Positions 10,144 to 21,695 are shown, counted from the first letter of the stretch. The stretch is 64,000 nt of DNA from Candidatus Poribacteria bacterium (GCA_964291315.2 OZ219750.1:480001-544000), one strand, 5' to 3'. Notes: generated by a model from the sequence alone, not told the origin. Program-made: numbers and translations.

Positions 10144-10320
10144 ACGTGGGTTTGCAAAAAGATTTAGGAGAGCTCTCTTGCGGCATAACATGTCAGTCTG
10201 TGCTTTTTCAGCACTTGTAGCAGAGTCTGCTAGACTGTGCATCCGTAGCCTGGTTTCTTATTAGGCTGTGCAAGGATCCTCTTTATTCAAAGATGAGCCA
10301 AATGGTTATCAAGCTTGCGT
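10144..10320. mobile_element. MITE-like element 2 carrying three REP-like hairpins
   Basis: Left end ACGTGGGTTTGCAAAAAGATTTAGGA, right end TTATCAAGCTTGCGT; flanks acttgta / tattgta; internal gtagcagagtctgctagactgtgc and two relatives. Confidence 0.6.
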
Positions 10321-10372
10321 TATTGTAGAGGCGCGTTCTCAGCGCGCTCACAAATATTGAAAGGAAAGCATT

Positions 10373-11140
10373 ATGAAGAAAGTTGTATTAACCCTCGGCG
10401 TTGTCTGTTTCAGCCTCATCGCTGTTCAGATCAGCACCGCCGAGATTGATTTTGATTCTGCAGTCGGTATCTGGCTTTTTGACGAAGGCAAAGGCGGCGT
10501 TGCTGCGGACATGTCGGGTGAAGGGAATGATGGGGAGGTCGTTAAAGCTCCATGGGTAAAAGGCAAATTCGGGATGGCACTCGAATTTGACGGAAAAGCG
10601 GGCTGCGTTAAGACCGAACAAAAACTTCTTGAGGTTCTCGAGGAATTCACGATTCTTGCATGGATACAGAGCACGGACGCTCCGCCGGCACGGACTGGAC
10701 TCGTCGGACAGAACAATGCCCCTGAATTCGGCTTTATTACCACGAATGAACTTAGCCTTTGGACCCCTTCGGCGGGTTTGACGAATAATCCTTGGAAGTT
10801 CAAACATGGCGATGGTGAATGGCATCATGTCGGGTGTGTCGCTACGACAGACTATGTCCATACGTATATCGATGGTGAATATGCCGAGCAGGAAGGGAAG
10901 TGGGCAAACCATGGCGGTTCTCCGTTTAACGTCAATATTGGGGGCTGCGGTGTCTGGGATGATGCGGGGAACTTTTTCCCGGGTCTAATAGACGAAGTCA
11001 TGATTTTCCACTCAGCCTTGGAACAAGAAGATATTCAGGCGCTTATGGACAAAGGCTATCAAGGATATTTGGCTGTTGACCCTGAGGACAAACTGGGGAC
11101 AACTTGGGGGCATATTAAAGCGACACATTATCTCAGGTAA
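10373..11140 (+). CDS. Secreted LamG/concanavalin A-like domain protein with C-terminal AVDPEDKLGTTWGHIK motif
   Basis: Signal peptide; GIWLFDEG.G..AAD.SG.GNDG, GKFG.ALEFDG, FTILAWI, WHHVG, F.GLIDEV.IF..AL. Confidence 0.9.
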   Translation: MKKVVLTLGVVCFSLIAVQISTAEIDFDSAVGIWLFDEGKGGVAADMSGEGNDGEVVKAPWVKGKFGMALEFDGKAGCVKTEQKLLEVLEEFTILAWIQSTDAPPARTGLVGQNNAPEFGFITTNELSLWTPSAGLTNNPWKFKHGDGEWHHVGCVATTDYVHTYIDGEYAEQEGKWANHGGSPFNVNIGGCGVWDDAGNFFPGLIDEVMIFHSALEQEDIQALMDKGYQGYLAVDPEDKLGTTWGHIKATHYLR

Positions 11141-11180
11141 TAACCTTCCGCGTCCTATAGAAGGTTTTCCCAATGCTGGC

Positions 11181-11215
11181 AGTAATTGCCTGTTTTCAGA
11201 AGACAGGCAATTACT
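11181..11215. terminator. Long hairpin between convergent LamG and TPR genes
   Basis: agtaattgcctgttttc-a-gaagacaggcaattact, overlapping the TPR gene stop codon. Confidence 0.6.
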
Positions 11216-12806
11216 TCAATTCGTGCAGTTCCCTAAGTTTGTCTAGCGCAACTTTATTATTTGGCTCTAATTCTAAAATCTTTTCAAAGATGCCAATCGC
11301 GTTTGGGATATTTCCGAGGTGCTGGTAAGCTACCCCTAGCGCGCCATACGCTCGGAGGTGTTTGGCATCAATTTTGATAACCTTTTTAAATTGTGAGATG
11401 GCCTCAAGGTGGTGTTCTTTCATCAGAAAGATGAGGCCGAGTCTATAGAGAGCTTGCGTGTCTGTTTCATCGTAGCGGATAACCTGTGTGTAGTGCGGCT
11501 CGGTTTCGGTATACCGGCGTTTTTTCCAATAAACATTGGCAAGGTTGCGGTGCAGGGTGGGTTTGACTGGCTGCAGTTCGAGTGCTTTCTGATAGTGCGT
11601 GATCGCTTTTTCAAGTTGATTTGTGTTTTCGTACACCATTGCCAGATTCGCGTGTGCATTGGAAAAAAAAGTGTCATAATCCGAGAGGTTGATTTGCCTT
11701 TGATGTTTGTGATTTTCTTTTTTATTCGTTAGAGGTTTCCCTAGTTGAAGTGTCTTTTGACAGGCGAGAATTGCTGCGTCTGTCTGTCCAATTTCATAGT
11801 AGATTTGTCCCATGTAGTTATAGACTTGTGCTTTCAGGTAGGCGATCTCGTCCTTTCTCCGTTGTTTTTGAATCTCTGTGTCGTTGTGGAGTATCCACTG
11901 TGCTCTCTCGAATACAGCTAGAGCTTCTTGATGTCTTTCTGTATGAAGGAGCGAGATGCCGTAGTTTAGCCATATTTTTATATCTTTTTGCGTATCTGAG
12001 ATGAGTGGTTTAAATTCAGCGGCGGCGCGGGCATAATTGCCGTTTAACATATAGTATCTCCCGCGTTCGGCATATAAGGATGCGGTGACCCCGGCTTGTA
12101 AGACTTTCCTCCATATTGGATCTGGTAACTCGCCATATTGGCTCGGCCGGCGTGCCGCTTGTGCGTGCAGTTGCGCGGCTTGTGTATTTCCTGAAACGAT
12201 TTCGATTTGTGCCATCAATGCGTGTGCTTCGCTTTGTCTTGGGTTCAGACGGAGGGCGTGTTCGAAATGCGCCCGGGCGGTTTCTATCTGTTGTTTGGAG
12301 AGTGCAATTTCCCCTAGCCAGAGTTCGGAGAACGGGTTGTTGGGTTGAAGCTGCCTTGCCCGTTCCAGATGATGGCGCGCCTCATCGAGCCGTCCTAAAA
12401 TACGGAGTGCCGATGCCAGATAGAGATGTGCAGGTACGTATTGGGGATCCAAGACAAGTGCGCGTTTCAGCTGTTGAACCGCGGCTTCTGGTTGGTGGTG
12501 CTTGTTGAGTCTTCCTAGTAGATAGTGCCATCGCAATTCATTGGGAGCAAGTTGACTGGCTTGGCGATAGCATGGTATCGCTGGAATTTCCCAGCTGTGA
12601 CTCAAGTAGACATCTCCCAAGTATCCCCAGACCTTCGCAGCATCGGGAGAATTTCGGACGGCTGCTTGGGCGGCTTCGATTGCCGCTAAAAGACGCTTTT
12701 CCTCCACGAGACCGAGATCAGCCGGTTGTGGAATGTCAATTTCACCCTCTACACATGTAAGCGGACTCATCAAGATAAGGCATAGATAGAGCGTTAATTT
12801 CTTCAA
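11211..12806 (-). CDS. Tetratricopeptide repeat protein, secreted
   Basis: Many TPR units (AHANLAMVY...AITHYQKALELQP etc.); N-terminal signal peptide; overlaps the CRTAC1 gene by 4 bp. Confidence 0.9.
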   Translation of the reverse strand: MKKLTLYLCLILMSPLTCVEGEIDIPQPADLGLVEEKRLLAAIEAAQAAVRNSPDAAKVWGYLGDVYLSHSWEIPAIPCYRQASQLAPNELRWHYLLGRLNKHHQPEAAVQQLKRALVLDPQYVPAHLYLASALRILGRLDEARHHLERARQLQPNNPFSELWLGEIALSKQQIETARAHFEHALRLNPRQSEAHALMAQIEIVSGNTQAAQLHAQAARRPSQYGELPDPIWRKVLQAGVTASLYAERGRYYMLNGNYARAAAEFKPLISDTQKDIKIWLNYGISLLHTERHQEALAVFERAQWILHNDTEIQKQRRKDEIAYLKAQVYNYMGQIYYEIGQTDAAILACQKTLQLGKPLTNKKENHKHQRQINLSDYDTFFSNAHANLAMVYENTNQLEKAITHYQKALELQPVKPTLHRNLANVYWKKRRYTETEPHYTQVIRYDETDTQALYRLGLIFLMKEHHLEAISQFKKVIKIDAKHLRAYGALGVAYQHLGNIPNAIGIFEKILELEPNNKVALDKLRELHELK

Positions 12807-14485
12807 AACGGTACCCCTTCTCCCTGATACACCCTTATGCGTCTGTTGGCAGCTGTGCCCTTAAATTTTTCACGATTCCCGTCCGGCCAGTGCACCTCAA
12901 TTGCTTGAACTGCATCAATGCTCCCCAATCCGAAATGTACACTCGGTTCACTGCTGCTGAGGTAACTTGTCCCGCGCAGTACGTAACCCGTCATGTCGCG
13001 TGCTTTTGTGTGTAGCGTTACTTGTGCCCCGAGTGCATGACGATTCTTAGTGATTGCCTGAATAGAAAGCCAGTTATTTTGAGGTGTGCCTGCATCGTTT
13101 CGGAAACAGCGGATTCGATCGTCTAGACTGCTCACGACCATATCGATATCGCCGTCCCGGTCGATGTCTCCAAAAGCGAGTCCGCGACTTACCTCAATCC
13201 GTCTTGTAAAGTCGGGAGCGAGCGAACTCACATCGTTAAATTCGAGAGATCTGCTTGTATTTTCAGTGTCTTTCCCAGAATTTTGGAAGAGTAGATTCGG
13301 CTCGCCGTAAAAGTTCCAAAACGCTTCCATGGTTGCCCCCTCTAAGGGTGCTCCTCGCTTCACTCGCCCGTTGACGAGGGCGATATCCAGGTCTGCATCG
13401 TTATCGAAATCGAAAAATCCGCATCCAAAGCCTGTAAAGGGCAGATCACGCCCTGCGAATCCTGCGGCTTCAGTCATGTCGACAAATACTGTGTGTGAAG
13501 AGGTGATGTAAAGCGTGTTCGTTTCACCTGACAAATGTGTTGCAAATAGGTCTGCTCGCCTATCACGGTTGACATCGCCGACTGCGATGCCCATGCTTCC
13601 TTCGGGTTGCCCGTAGGCGTTAAAGGCGAGACCTCGCACGATCGCCTCTTCGTTGAAAGTGCCGTCTGTCTGATTTACCCACAGTTGATTTGCTTCGCCG
13701 TCGTTTGCGACGTAAAAGTCTACCCACCCGTCTCCTGTCACATCGAGGCAGACAACGCCGAGGCCTCTTCCGGGCACTGAGGCAATCCCTGCTTGTTGTG
13801 TCACATCAGTGAACGTGCCGTCACCCCTGTTTTGGAATAGACGGTCTGGGGCTGGCTCGAAGACTTGTGGGTTGCAGTAATCTAGGGCGCTATGCTTGCC
13901 GCGACACAGGACTTCTGGATCAAATTGAACATAATTGGCAATATAGAGATCGAGGTAGCCGTCTCTGTTGTAATCTCCGAAGGTCGCTGATGTGCCCCAC
14001 GCCTCGTTTGAGATGCCTATTTCTGCGAGGCTAAAAGTACCGTCACCGTTGTTTCGGTAGAATGCATCAGGTCCGTAGTTGGTTACGTGGACATCAGCGT
14101 CTCCATCGTTATCTACGTCTCCGATTGCGACACCTTGTCCGTAGCCTTCGTCGCCGATGCCAGCGCTTGCTGTAACGTCGATGAACGTTCCGTCGGGTTG
14201 CTGTCGAAAGAGGCGATTAGGTGCTGGTGTCTCGGTTCGTCCCGGTGGGGGAAATCGGATGTGCAGGATATCCAATGCAGTATCGTTGTCATAATCAAAT
14301 AGGGCAACGCCGCTGCCGATGATCTCATGCAGAGCGTATGTGCCTGCTGGCCAGGCCTCAGTTGTCTGTGCAACATCTAGTGCTGCAGTTACTTCTGTAA
14401 AGACGGGTGCATCGGTTTCTGATGAGGCTGTGCACACGAGGGTGGTCAGTAGAATAAAAGTTGTGATGTATTGTTTAACAACCAT
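12803..14485 (-). CDS. CRTAC1 family protein (FG-GAP repeats plus ASPIC/UnbV)
   Basis: Repeated DYDNDxxxD/GDVDNDGDAD motifs, SRGLAFGDIDRDGDID, GTSYLSSS...HFGLG...VHWPDG. Confidence 0.92.
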   Translation of the reverse strand: MVVKQYITTFILLTTLVCTASSETDAPVFTEVTAALDVAQTTEAWPAGTYALHEIIGSGVALFDYDNDTALDILHIRFPPPGRTETPAPNRLFRQQPDGTFIDVTASAGIGDEGYGQGVAIGDVDNDGDADVHVTNYGPDAFYRNNGDGTFSLAEIGISNEAWGTSATFGDYNRDGYLDLYIANYVQFDPEVLCRGKHSALDYCNPQVFEPAPDRLFQNRGDGTFTDVTQQAGIASVPGRGLGVVCLDVTGDGWVDFYVANDGEANQLWVNQTDGTFNEEAIVRGLAFNAYGQPEGSMGIAVGDVNRDRRADLFATHLSGETNTLYITSSHTVFVDMTEAAGFAGRDLPFTGFGCGFFDFDNDADLDIALVNGRVKRGAPLEGATMEAFWNFYGEPNLLFQNSGKDTENTSRSLEFNDVSSLAPDFTRRIEVSRGLAFGDIDRDGDIDMVVSSLDDRIRCFRNDAGTPQNNWLSIQAITKNRHALGAQVTLHTKARDMTGYVLRGTSYLSSSEPSVHFGLGSIDAVQAIEVHWPDGNREKFKGTAANRRIRVYQGEGVPF

Positions 14486-14714
14486 ATTTGATATTGGGTT
14501 TATAGATTTCAGGGTCTAAAGTTTCTACGTTTTTAATATCAAGAGAGGTTTGCATTCATATGTTCCTGCCGTATTCTATCAGAATTCTGTTCTTTTTGCT
14601 ATCTATTTTTGAAAGGCTGTCTATAGCAGTTCGGAATCGGAGTTCCTTCCTAAAGTGGCGGGTTGCCAAGTTTGGGTCCAACCCGCGTTCTCTCGTGCTA
14701 TTGTTAAAATAAAT

Positions 14715-14743
14715 TTGACAAATAGTGGGAAATATATTATACT
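14715..14743 (+). promoter_or_regulatory. sigma70 promoter
   Basis: TTGACA-17-TATACT. Confidence 0.7.
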
Positions 14744-14751
14744 CTATTATA

Positions 14752-14886
14752 ATGTGAGTTTGAAAAAGATTTAGAGGTCCAAAAAGCATCGGTAACTCTG
14801 TTGAATGAAAAACATGAAAGGGTCAGACTTGCTTATACCCAAGGTTTCTGTTTGTTCTATGGGCTAAATATTTATCAAACTCATGT
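14752..14886. mobile_element. MITE-like element 3
   Basis: ATGTGAGTTTGAAAAAGATTTAGAGG ... TTTATCAAACTCATGT; same end sequences as elements 2, 4 and 5. Confidence 0.6.
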
Positions 14887-14924
14887 TAGATACAAGGTTG
14901 GAGAAACCTTAACCTTTTTCAAAA

Positions 14925-14959
14925 GAATCCTCCGTGCTTTCGCCGGGGGTATATGTCAA
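14925..14959 (+). mobile_element. IS200/IS605-type right-end remnant (hairpin plus terminal TCAA)
   Basis: gaatcctccgtgctttcgccgggggtatatgtcaa resembles the GAATCCCC...GGGG..ATGTCAA ends of IS605/tnpB elements; no tnpA or tnpB nearby. Confidence 0.5.
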
Positions 14960-14974
14960 TAGAGAGGTGATAGT

Positions 14975-15743
14975 ATGTTAAAGGATTTGCTTTCCAGTCG
15001 ATGGTTTCAAGGCGGGCTTGCGTTCTTTGTGCTGGTTGTCGGAGGGAGTCTGCTGTATTCTTGGAACACCCTCCGCACTACAAAAAGTGATATGGAACGA
15101 CACGCCCGATTTTTACAACGGCTGGAAAAAGAGAACGAGACACCCACTGCAGAAACGCTGAACGTTCAGAATGCGGATGGAACCACAGACATTGTAGAGA
15201 ACCCGATGGAAAACATCACGACACACAGTGAGGTATCTGACGGAACTCTACCCAATGATGCGGTAAGTGCCTCAACAGATGCGTTCTTATTAGAAGATGG
15301 CGCATTAACAGATGCCCTCGCTGAAGAGGTAGCTGTCTCACCCTACGGCTTCGGGCCTTATCCTGAACTGCCAGCAGGTTGGTCTCCTGACACGTTCCCG
15401 ACCCCAACTCCTGAACACGAGTTACTTAAAGCGGGTGCGGATAAAACTGATTTCTCAGGGCATAAACGCTGAAGGTGCCGCATATGGGGAACACAATTTA
15501 ATATACCCTATTGTCAAGGGGACTGTCTATGTAGAATGGACGCTTTATGACGGGCCCGCCGGTCTTACAAAACGGATCGGTATCTTGTATGGTCATCCCG
15601 CAGATGTTCCGCGGATAGAGGCGCTTCAAGAGGAAGCCAGAAGAACAAAGGGAAGTTTTCCTGAGTCGCGAGTCCCATCGGATATAAAACTGATCCCTCT
15701 TAAAGAGGGGGGTATCAACCCTTACGAGTTTCTAAACTTATAG
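14975..15743 (+). pseudogene. Frameshifted membrane-anchored hypothetical protein (ORFs 14975..15472 and 15435..15743)
   Basis: N-terminal TM segment, VSPYGFGPYPELP. Removing one A from cttaaagcgggtg (~15428-15430) gives continuous HELLKRVRIKLISQG...GGINPYEFLNL. Confidence 0.65.
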
Positions 15744-15764
15744 TAAAACTAAAGGAGCAAACTG

Positions 15765-15839
15765 ATGTTAAAACGTTTCTTGTTATCTCTAATTATTCTA
15801 ACACTCCTCGGTGGCGGTGGCGATATTATCCGTCTCTGA
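15765..15839 (+). pseudogene. Signal-peptide-only remnant MLKRFLLSLIILTLLGGGGDIIRL*
   Basis: Strong AAGGAG RBS, signal-peptide-like sequence, stop after 24 codons. Confidence 0.4.
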
Positions 15840-15909
15840 AAACAGACTATGCACAATCGCAGTTGGGAATTAGGAAATCCCTCCTAGAGAAAAAGATTAA
15901 GTTCACGCT

Positions 15910-17031
15910 ATGCAGTCGAATCGTCTGCAACAATATTTGGACCGGTACCTCGGCATTCCACTTAACTTCCTGTTCCGCCCGTTTAGTCCCGGCGCGCCAG
16001 TACCTGACACGCCAGAAAAAATCCTATTTATTCAGCTCTCCGCACTTGGCGACACAATCTTAGCTATTCCTGCTATCCGGGCTGTCCGACACACCTTCCC
16101 TAACGCTGAATTGACAATGTTAGCTTCGGCGACCAACCTGAATTATCTTGCACACTGTCCATATATCGACAAGCGTATCACCTTCCGGATCCCCGAACCT
16201 GGCTTGTGGATGAGACTGCGTCGGGAAGGCTTCGATTGGGCGATTGATCTAGAACATTGGCCCCGATTGAGTGCGTTACTCGCCTATGTGAGTTGGGCTC
16301 CGATGCGGATAGGGTTTCGGACACCAGGACAGCATCGTCATTTTCTTTTTACAGAATCTGTGGCGCATATCGCGGGCCAACATGAAGTTCAGAATTTCTT
16401 GAATATTGCGAGACGGCTGGGGTGTCTGTCCGTTGAATCTGGGCTTGAAGTCTGGTGTAGCGAAGCCGATCGGAGGTGGGTATATCAAACCTTGGAACAA
16501 GAAGAGGTCTCACAGGAGGCACCGGTTTTTGTGCTGCATCCTGAGGCAGGTAGGCGTGGTGAACCGCGAAGACGGTGGCCCCTGGAGCGTTATGTGGCTT
16601 TGGCAAATGCCCTTGTGGCGCGTTACGGGGCGCAGATCGTCCTGACAGGTGCGCGGGGAGAGATAAAGGTTGTTGAAGAAATTGCGAAACGGACGAAACA
16701 TCGGGCGGTCATGCTTGCGGGTCGGACAGATGTTAATCAGCTCGCTGCACTCTTTGCGGAGGCGACACTCGTTGTGAGTGGCAACTGCGGCCCGATGCAC
16801 CTTGCTGCAGCGGCGGGGGCTCGCGTGATTGGGCTGCATGGTCCGACGAATTTTGCCCAGTGGGGGCCTTGGGGTCATAAAGCTGGTGTTGTCTGTGCAT
16901 CCATGCCGTGTAGTCCGTGTCTCAATTTGGGATTTGAATACGGGTGTCAGGCGTTATCGGATGGCACCTCACCGTGTATGCACACGATCCAGGTGGCGCG
17001 GGTGATTCAGGCATGTGAAGCGTTGTTATAG
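15910..17031 (+). CDS. Glycosyltransferase family 9 (ADP-heptose:LPS heptosyltransferase-like)
   Basis: KILFIQLSALGDTIL, RRWPLERY, VSGNCGPMHLAAA.G..VIGLHGPT. Confidence 0.9.
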   Translation: MQSNRLQQYLDRYLGIPLNFLFRPFSPGAPVPDTPEKILFIQLSALGDTILAIPAIRAVRHTFPNAELTMLASATNLNYLAHCPYIDKRITFRIPEPGLWMRLRREGFDWAIDLEHWPRLSALLAYVSWAPMRIGFRTPGQHRHFLFTESVAHIAGQHEVQNFLNIARRLGCLSVESGLEVWCSEADRRWVYQTLEQEEVSQEAPVFVLHPEAGRRGEPRRRWPLERYVALANALVARYGAQIVLTGARGEIKVVEEIAKRTKHRAVMLAGRTDVNQLAALFAEATLVVSGNCGPMHLAAAAGARVIGLHGPTNFAQWGPWGHKAGVVCASMPCSPCLNLGFEYGCQALSDGTSPCMHTIQVARVIQACEALL

Positions 17032-17133
17032 AGCTTGTCAGCTGTCAACAAATACCCGTGTTAGAAGGAGGCAGCATTCAGAGATGCTGTTTACGCAACA
17101 GAGAAAGCGACTCCTTGTCTTAGATATTAAAAG

Positions 17134-17162
17134 AAAAAAGGTGCGGTTCGGAAACCGCACCT
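17134..17162 (-). terminator. Intrinsic terminator of groEL
   Basis: aggtgcggtt-cgga-aaccgcacct stem with an A6 run on + (U run on -). Confidence 0.8.
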
Positions 17163-17172
17163 CTGTATGGTT

Positions 17173-19105
<1,933 letters not shown>

Positions 19106-19368
19106 CTAGGTGAATCCTCCTTGAGTTTGGCAAAATTAAGGGTTGAGGTTGCTACGCCTCAGTACCGCTTCACGTTGTTCTCATATTTAGAGAAACGTTT
19201 TTATAAAATAGCAACATAAGTTCCATAAATGAAGTTTTCAGAAACCCGGAACGTCTATTTGTCAGAACCCGTGGATTTCTTGTAGCACAATATTTTAGAT
19301 TGTCTTTATAAGTTAAGCTGCAAGCTAAAATTTTGCACCACAAATACAGAACTTTATGTTTAAAGATA

Positions 19369-19385
19369 AGCAATTTTCGTGCCAA
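19369..19385 (-). promoter_or_regulatory. sigma54 (-24/-12) promoter of groES-groEL
   Basis: Reverse strand reads TTGGCACGAAAATTGCT, an exact fit to YTGGCACG-N4-TTGCW. Confidence 0.75.
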
Positions 19386-19426
19386 CCCGTAAAAGTGCCA
19401 TATCGGCTTAGATTTGGGGCGATGTG

Positions 19427-19503
19427 TGACAATATGGCATACTTTCAAGGGTGACAATTTGTCTTAAGAAAGGGACAAGCGGACAATATGTGTCATTTTG
19501 TCA
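19427..19503. promoter_or_regulatory. Cluster of GACA-N3-TGTC-like palindromes (candidate enhancer sites)
   Basis: tgacaatatggca 19427, tgacaatttgtct 19452, ggacaatatgtgt 19481, tgtcattttgtca 19491; about 40-120 bp upstream of the -24 box. Confidence 0.5.
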
Positions 19504-19586
19504 CATCAATGGCAAGTAGTTGGTTCTTCGCTAACTGTTCTTTCTTAAGAGTTATCGCTGACGGTTGATGATCGATACCGATGCTG

Positions 19587-20576
19587 CTATCGGGTCGGTG
19601 GGCACGGAACTGTCTGTCCGGTTTGTCTGGAATGATACGCAGCAGCTAAGATTTCGTTGGCTCTTAACCCATCACTACCTGTCGTGAGAGGCGACACTCC
19701 CTGTTGCACACAAGCCGCAAAGTGTTCAAACTGACACTGGTAGAGGTCTTCATATCCGGAGGATATGCGCTGCGGTTCCCCATCAAAATGGGTGCGAATT
19801 TTCCAGCCGTTATCGTTATAAACCCAAACAGTGCCTTCTGTTCCGTAAAGTTCGAGCACAATGTCGCAGTGGGGTACTAAGAAACTGAGGTCTGTGAAAG
19901 CGTGGGCGCCGTTATCAAAGTGCATTACGATACCCCCGGTTTCCTCAACAACGGTGTTTCCGACGGGACTGTTGTGGAAGGCACTGACGGCATTCACTTC
20001 ACCGATGAGATAACGAAACAGATCAACACTGTGGGGTCCGAGGTCCATGAAGCATCCTCCGCCCCCTTCTTTGGGGTTTGCACGCCATTCGTGTGTGGTC
20101 AGCTGGTACTGTTTCAAAAAAGGCATGCGTCCGTGGACGATCTGTCCGAACCGTCCGGCATCCACCCATGCTCTAATTTGTTGGAAGCAGGAGTGGAACC
20201 GAAACAGGAAGCAGACCTGTAGGTGGACACCGTTGGTATCGCAGACAGCAATCATTTCCTGGCACTCTTGTGGCGTGAGTGCCATCGGTTTATCACAGAG
20301 GATGTGTAAGCCGCGTTCGGCAGCTGCGATTACTTGTTCACAGTGCAGATGGACAGGCGTTGATACATAAATTGCGTCGAGTGCGTCATCTATCAAGAGG
20401 GTATCGAGGGTAGTATAAGCGTTTGTCGCACCGTATTCGCGCGCTAATTGCTTTGCACGAGCGGCATCGCGAGAGAGTAAAGCATGGAGCTCGGCAGTTT
20501 TCGCTTTGTTAATAGCTGGCATTGCTCTCCGTTGTGCGACGCTCCCAGCTCCCAACACACCCCATTTTAGTGTCAT
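19587..20576 (-). CDS. Gfo/Idh/MocA family oxidoreductase
   Basis: Start MTLKWGVLGAG (ORF track over-extends to 21029); DAIYVSTP..LH, HILCDKPMA, GGG.FMDLGPHSVD. Confidence 0.92.
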   Translation of the reverse strand: MTLKWGVLGAGSVAQRRAMPAINKAKTAELHALLSRDAARAKQLAREYGATNAYTTLDTLLIDDALDAIYVSTPVHLHCEQVIAAAERGLHILCDKPMALTPQECQEMIAVCDTNGVHLQVCFLFRFHSCFQQIRAWVDAGRFGQIVHGRMPFLKQYQLTTHEWRANPKEGGGGCFMDLGPHSVDLFRYLIGEVNAVSAFHNSPVGNTVVEETGGIVMHFDNGAHAFTDLSFLVPHCDIVLELYGTEGTVWVYNDNGWKIRTHFDGEPQRISSGYEDLYQCQFEHFAACVQQGVSPLTTGSDGLRANEILAAAYHSRQTGQTVPCPPTR

Positions 20577-20665
20577 TATCTTAACCTCATTCTTTTTGTT
20601 GTCAGCATATTTATAGTATATCACACGGTTTCGGACGGTGGCAAAGTTTTTTCGGGTGGCTGCCA

Positions 20666-21421
20666 TTAACTCAAAAGAAGGTGCACGCCGGTTAGGAATA
20701 GAAAGAAAATAACGATTTTTGAGAACGTACGCTCTGGAACACGGTTGTTCAGTGTGATTCCCGTCAAAACCCCTAACACAATAAACGGTAAAAGCGCCAT
20801 AGCTTCGATGAGGATCTCGAAAGAGAAAATCTTGAGTTGATAATAAAACGGAATTTTGATGAAATTCAGTAGAAAGTAAGTCGCTGTTGTAGTCGCCACA
20901 AATGCAGTGTTCCCTAAACGTTGCGGAAGGAGATACATAATGACAACAAGTCCGCCCATGTGTGCAAGCGTTGAAAAAGCTCCAGCGAACATTCCAGCGA
21001 TCAACCCGTGCCACATTCTGAAATTCCACGATGCTTTGCCTTGTTGTTTAGGGTTTCCAAGCCATCCTTGCAAATAGGGTCGCAGGAGTTCGAGGAGGGC
21101 AAAGAGACACGTAACTCCGCCGATGACTTTCTTAAGGTGAAACTCGGAGATTTCCTTTAACATTAAGCTCGCTCCAGTGATACCGAGGAGCGAACCGAGA
21201 ATCAAGCGCGTGACGCTTTGCCGATGCCAGCGTTTCCAATAGTGTCGGAGTGAGAAGACATCTGTGGAGAAAAGCAGCAGGAGCATGAGTCCGATGACGT
21301 GTCGTGCGCTGCGGAAATGTGCGAACATTGGCACAACAATCATACCGATGCCGCCTCCGAAACCGGCTTTACTGACACCGGTAAGCCATGCTCCGAAGCA
21401 GAGAATAATGGTTTCGTAGAT
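20666..21421 (-). CDS. Sulfite exporter TauE/SafE family membrane protein (probable ATC start)
   Basis: In-frame extension above the ORF track's ATG (21343) encodes GAWLTGVSKAGFGGGIG; second repeat STLAHMGG; AAGGAGG 8 nt before ATC at 21421. Confidence 0.8.
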   Translation of the reverse strand: MYETIILCFGAWLTGVSKAGFGGGIGMIVVPMFAHFRSARHVIGLMLLLLFSTDVFSLRHYWKRWHRQSVTRLILGSLLGITGASLMLKEISEFHLKKVIGGVTCLFALLELLRPYLQGWLGNPKQQGKASWNFRMWHGLIAGMFAGAFSTLAHMGGLVVIMYLLPQRLGNTAFVATTTATYFLLNFIKIPFYYQLKIFSFEILIEAMALLPFIVLGVLTGITLNNRVPERTFSKIVIFFLFLTGVHLLLS

Positions 21422-21453
21422 GGGTGCTGCCTCCTTTTTTCGTGAGGAAGGTG

Positions 21454-21482
21454 AGTATACCGAAATCTGGGTAAATTGTCAA
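21454..21482 (-). promoter_or_regulatory. sigma70 promoter of the TauE gene
   Basis: TTGACA-17-TATACT on the minus strand. Confidence 0.7.
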
Positions 21483-21611
21483 GTTATCAATTTTCTGTAG
21501 GCAGTGATATCTTTATTTATTTCGCAGGAGAGAACTCGGATGCCCGAGTATATTAACCAGCATTCGGAGAGGTCTGCTGCAGAAGACAGATAGTATCCAT
21601 AGGAGAAATAT

Positions 21612-21640
21612 TTGACATTTGGCATGAGATGTGATACAAT
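21612..21640 (+). promoter_or_regulatory. sigma70 promoter of rpsU
   Basis: TTGACA-17-TACAAT with extended TG. Confidence 0.7.
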
Positions 21641-21695
21641 TCGTAACTAACATTTTATAATTTTGGAATTTAAATCCCAATGGAGGGTAAAAAAA

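Noticed and set aside
9783-10220. 145-aa Cys/hydrophobic ORF
   Set aside because: Runs into MITE 2 and REP sequence, has no RBS or recognisable motif; probably spurious.
19106-19370. CIRCE element upstream of groES
   Set aside because: No TTAGCACTC-N9-GAGTGCTAA match found on either strand.
20577-21029. 151-aa N-terminal extension of the Gfo/Idh/MocA ORF
   Set aside because: Overlaps the TauE gene in another frame; the family fold starts at MTLKWGVLGAG, which has its own GAGG RBS.
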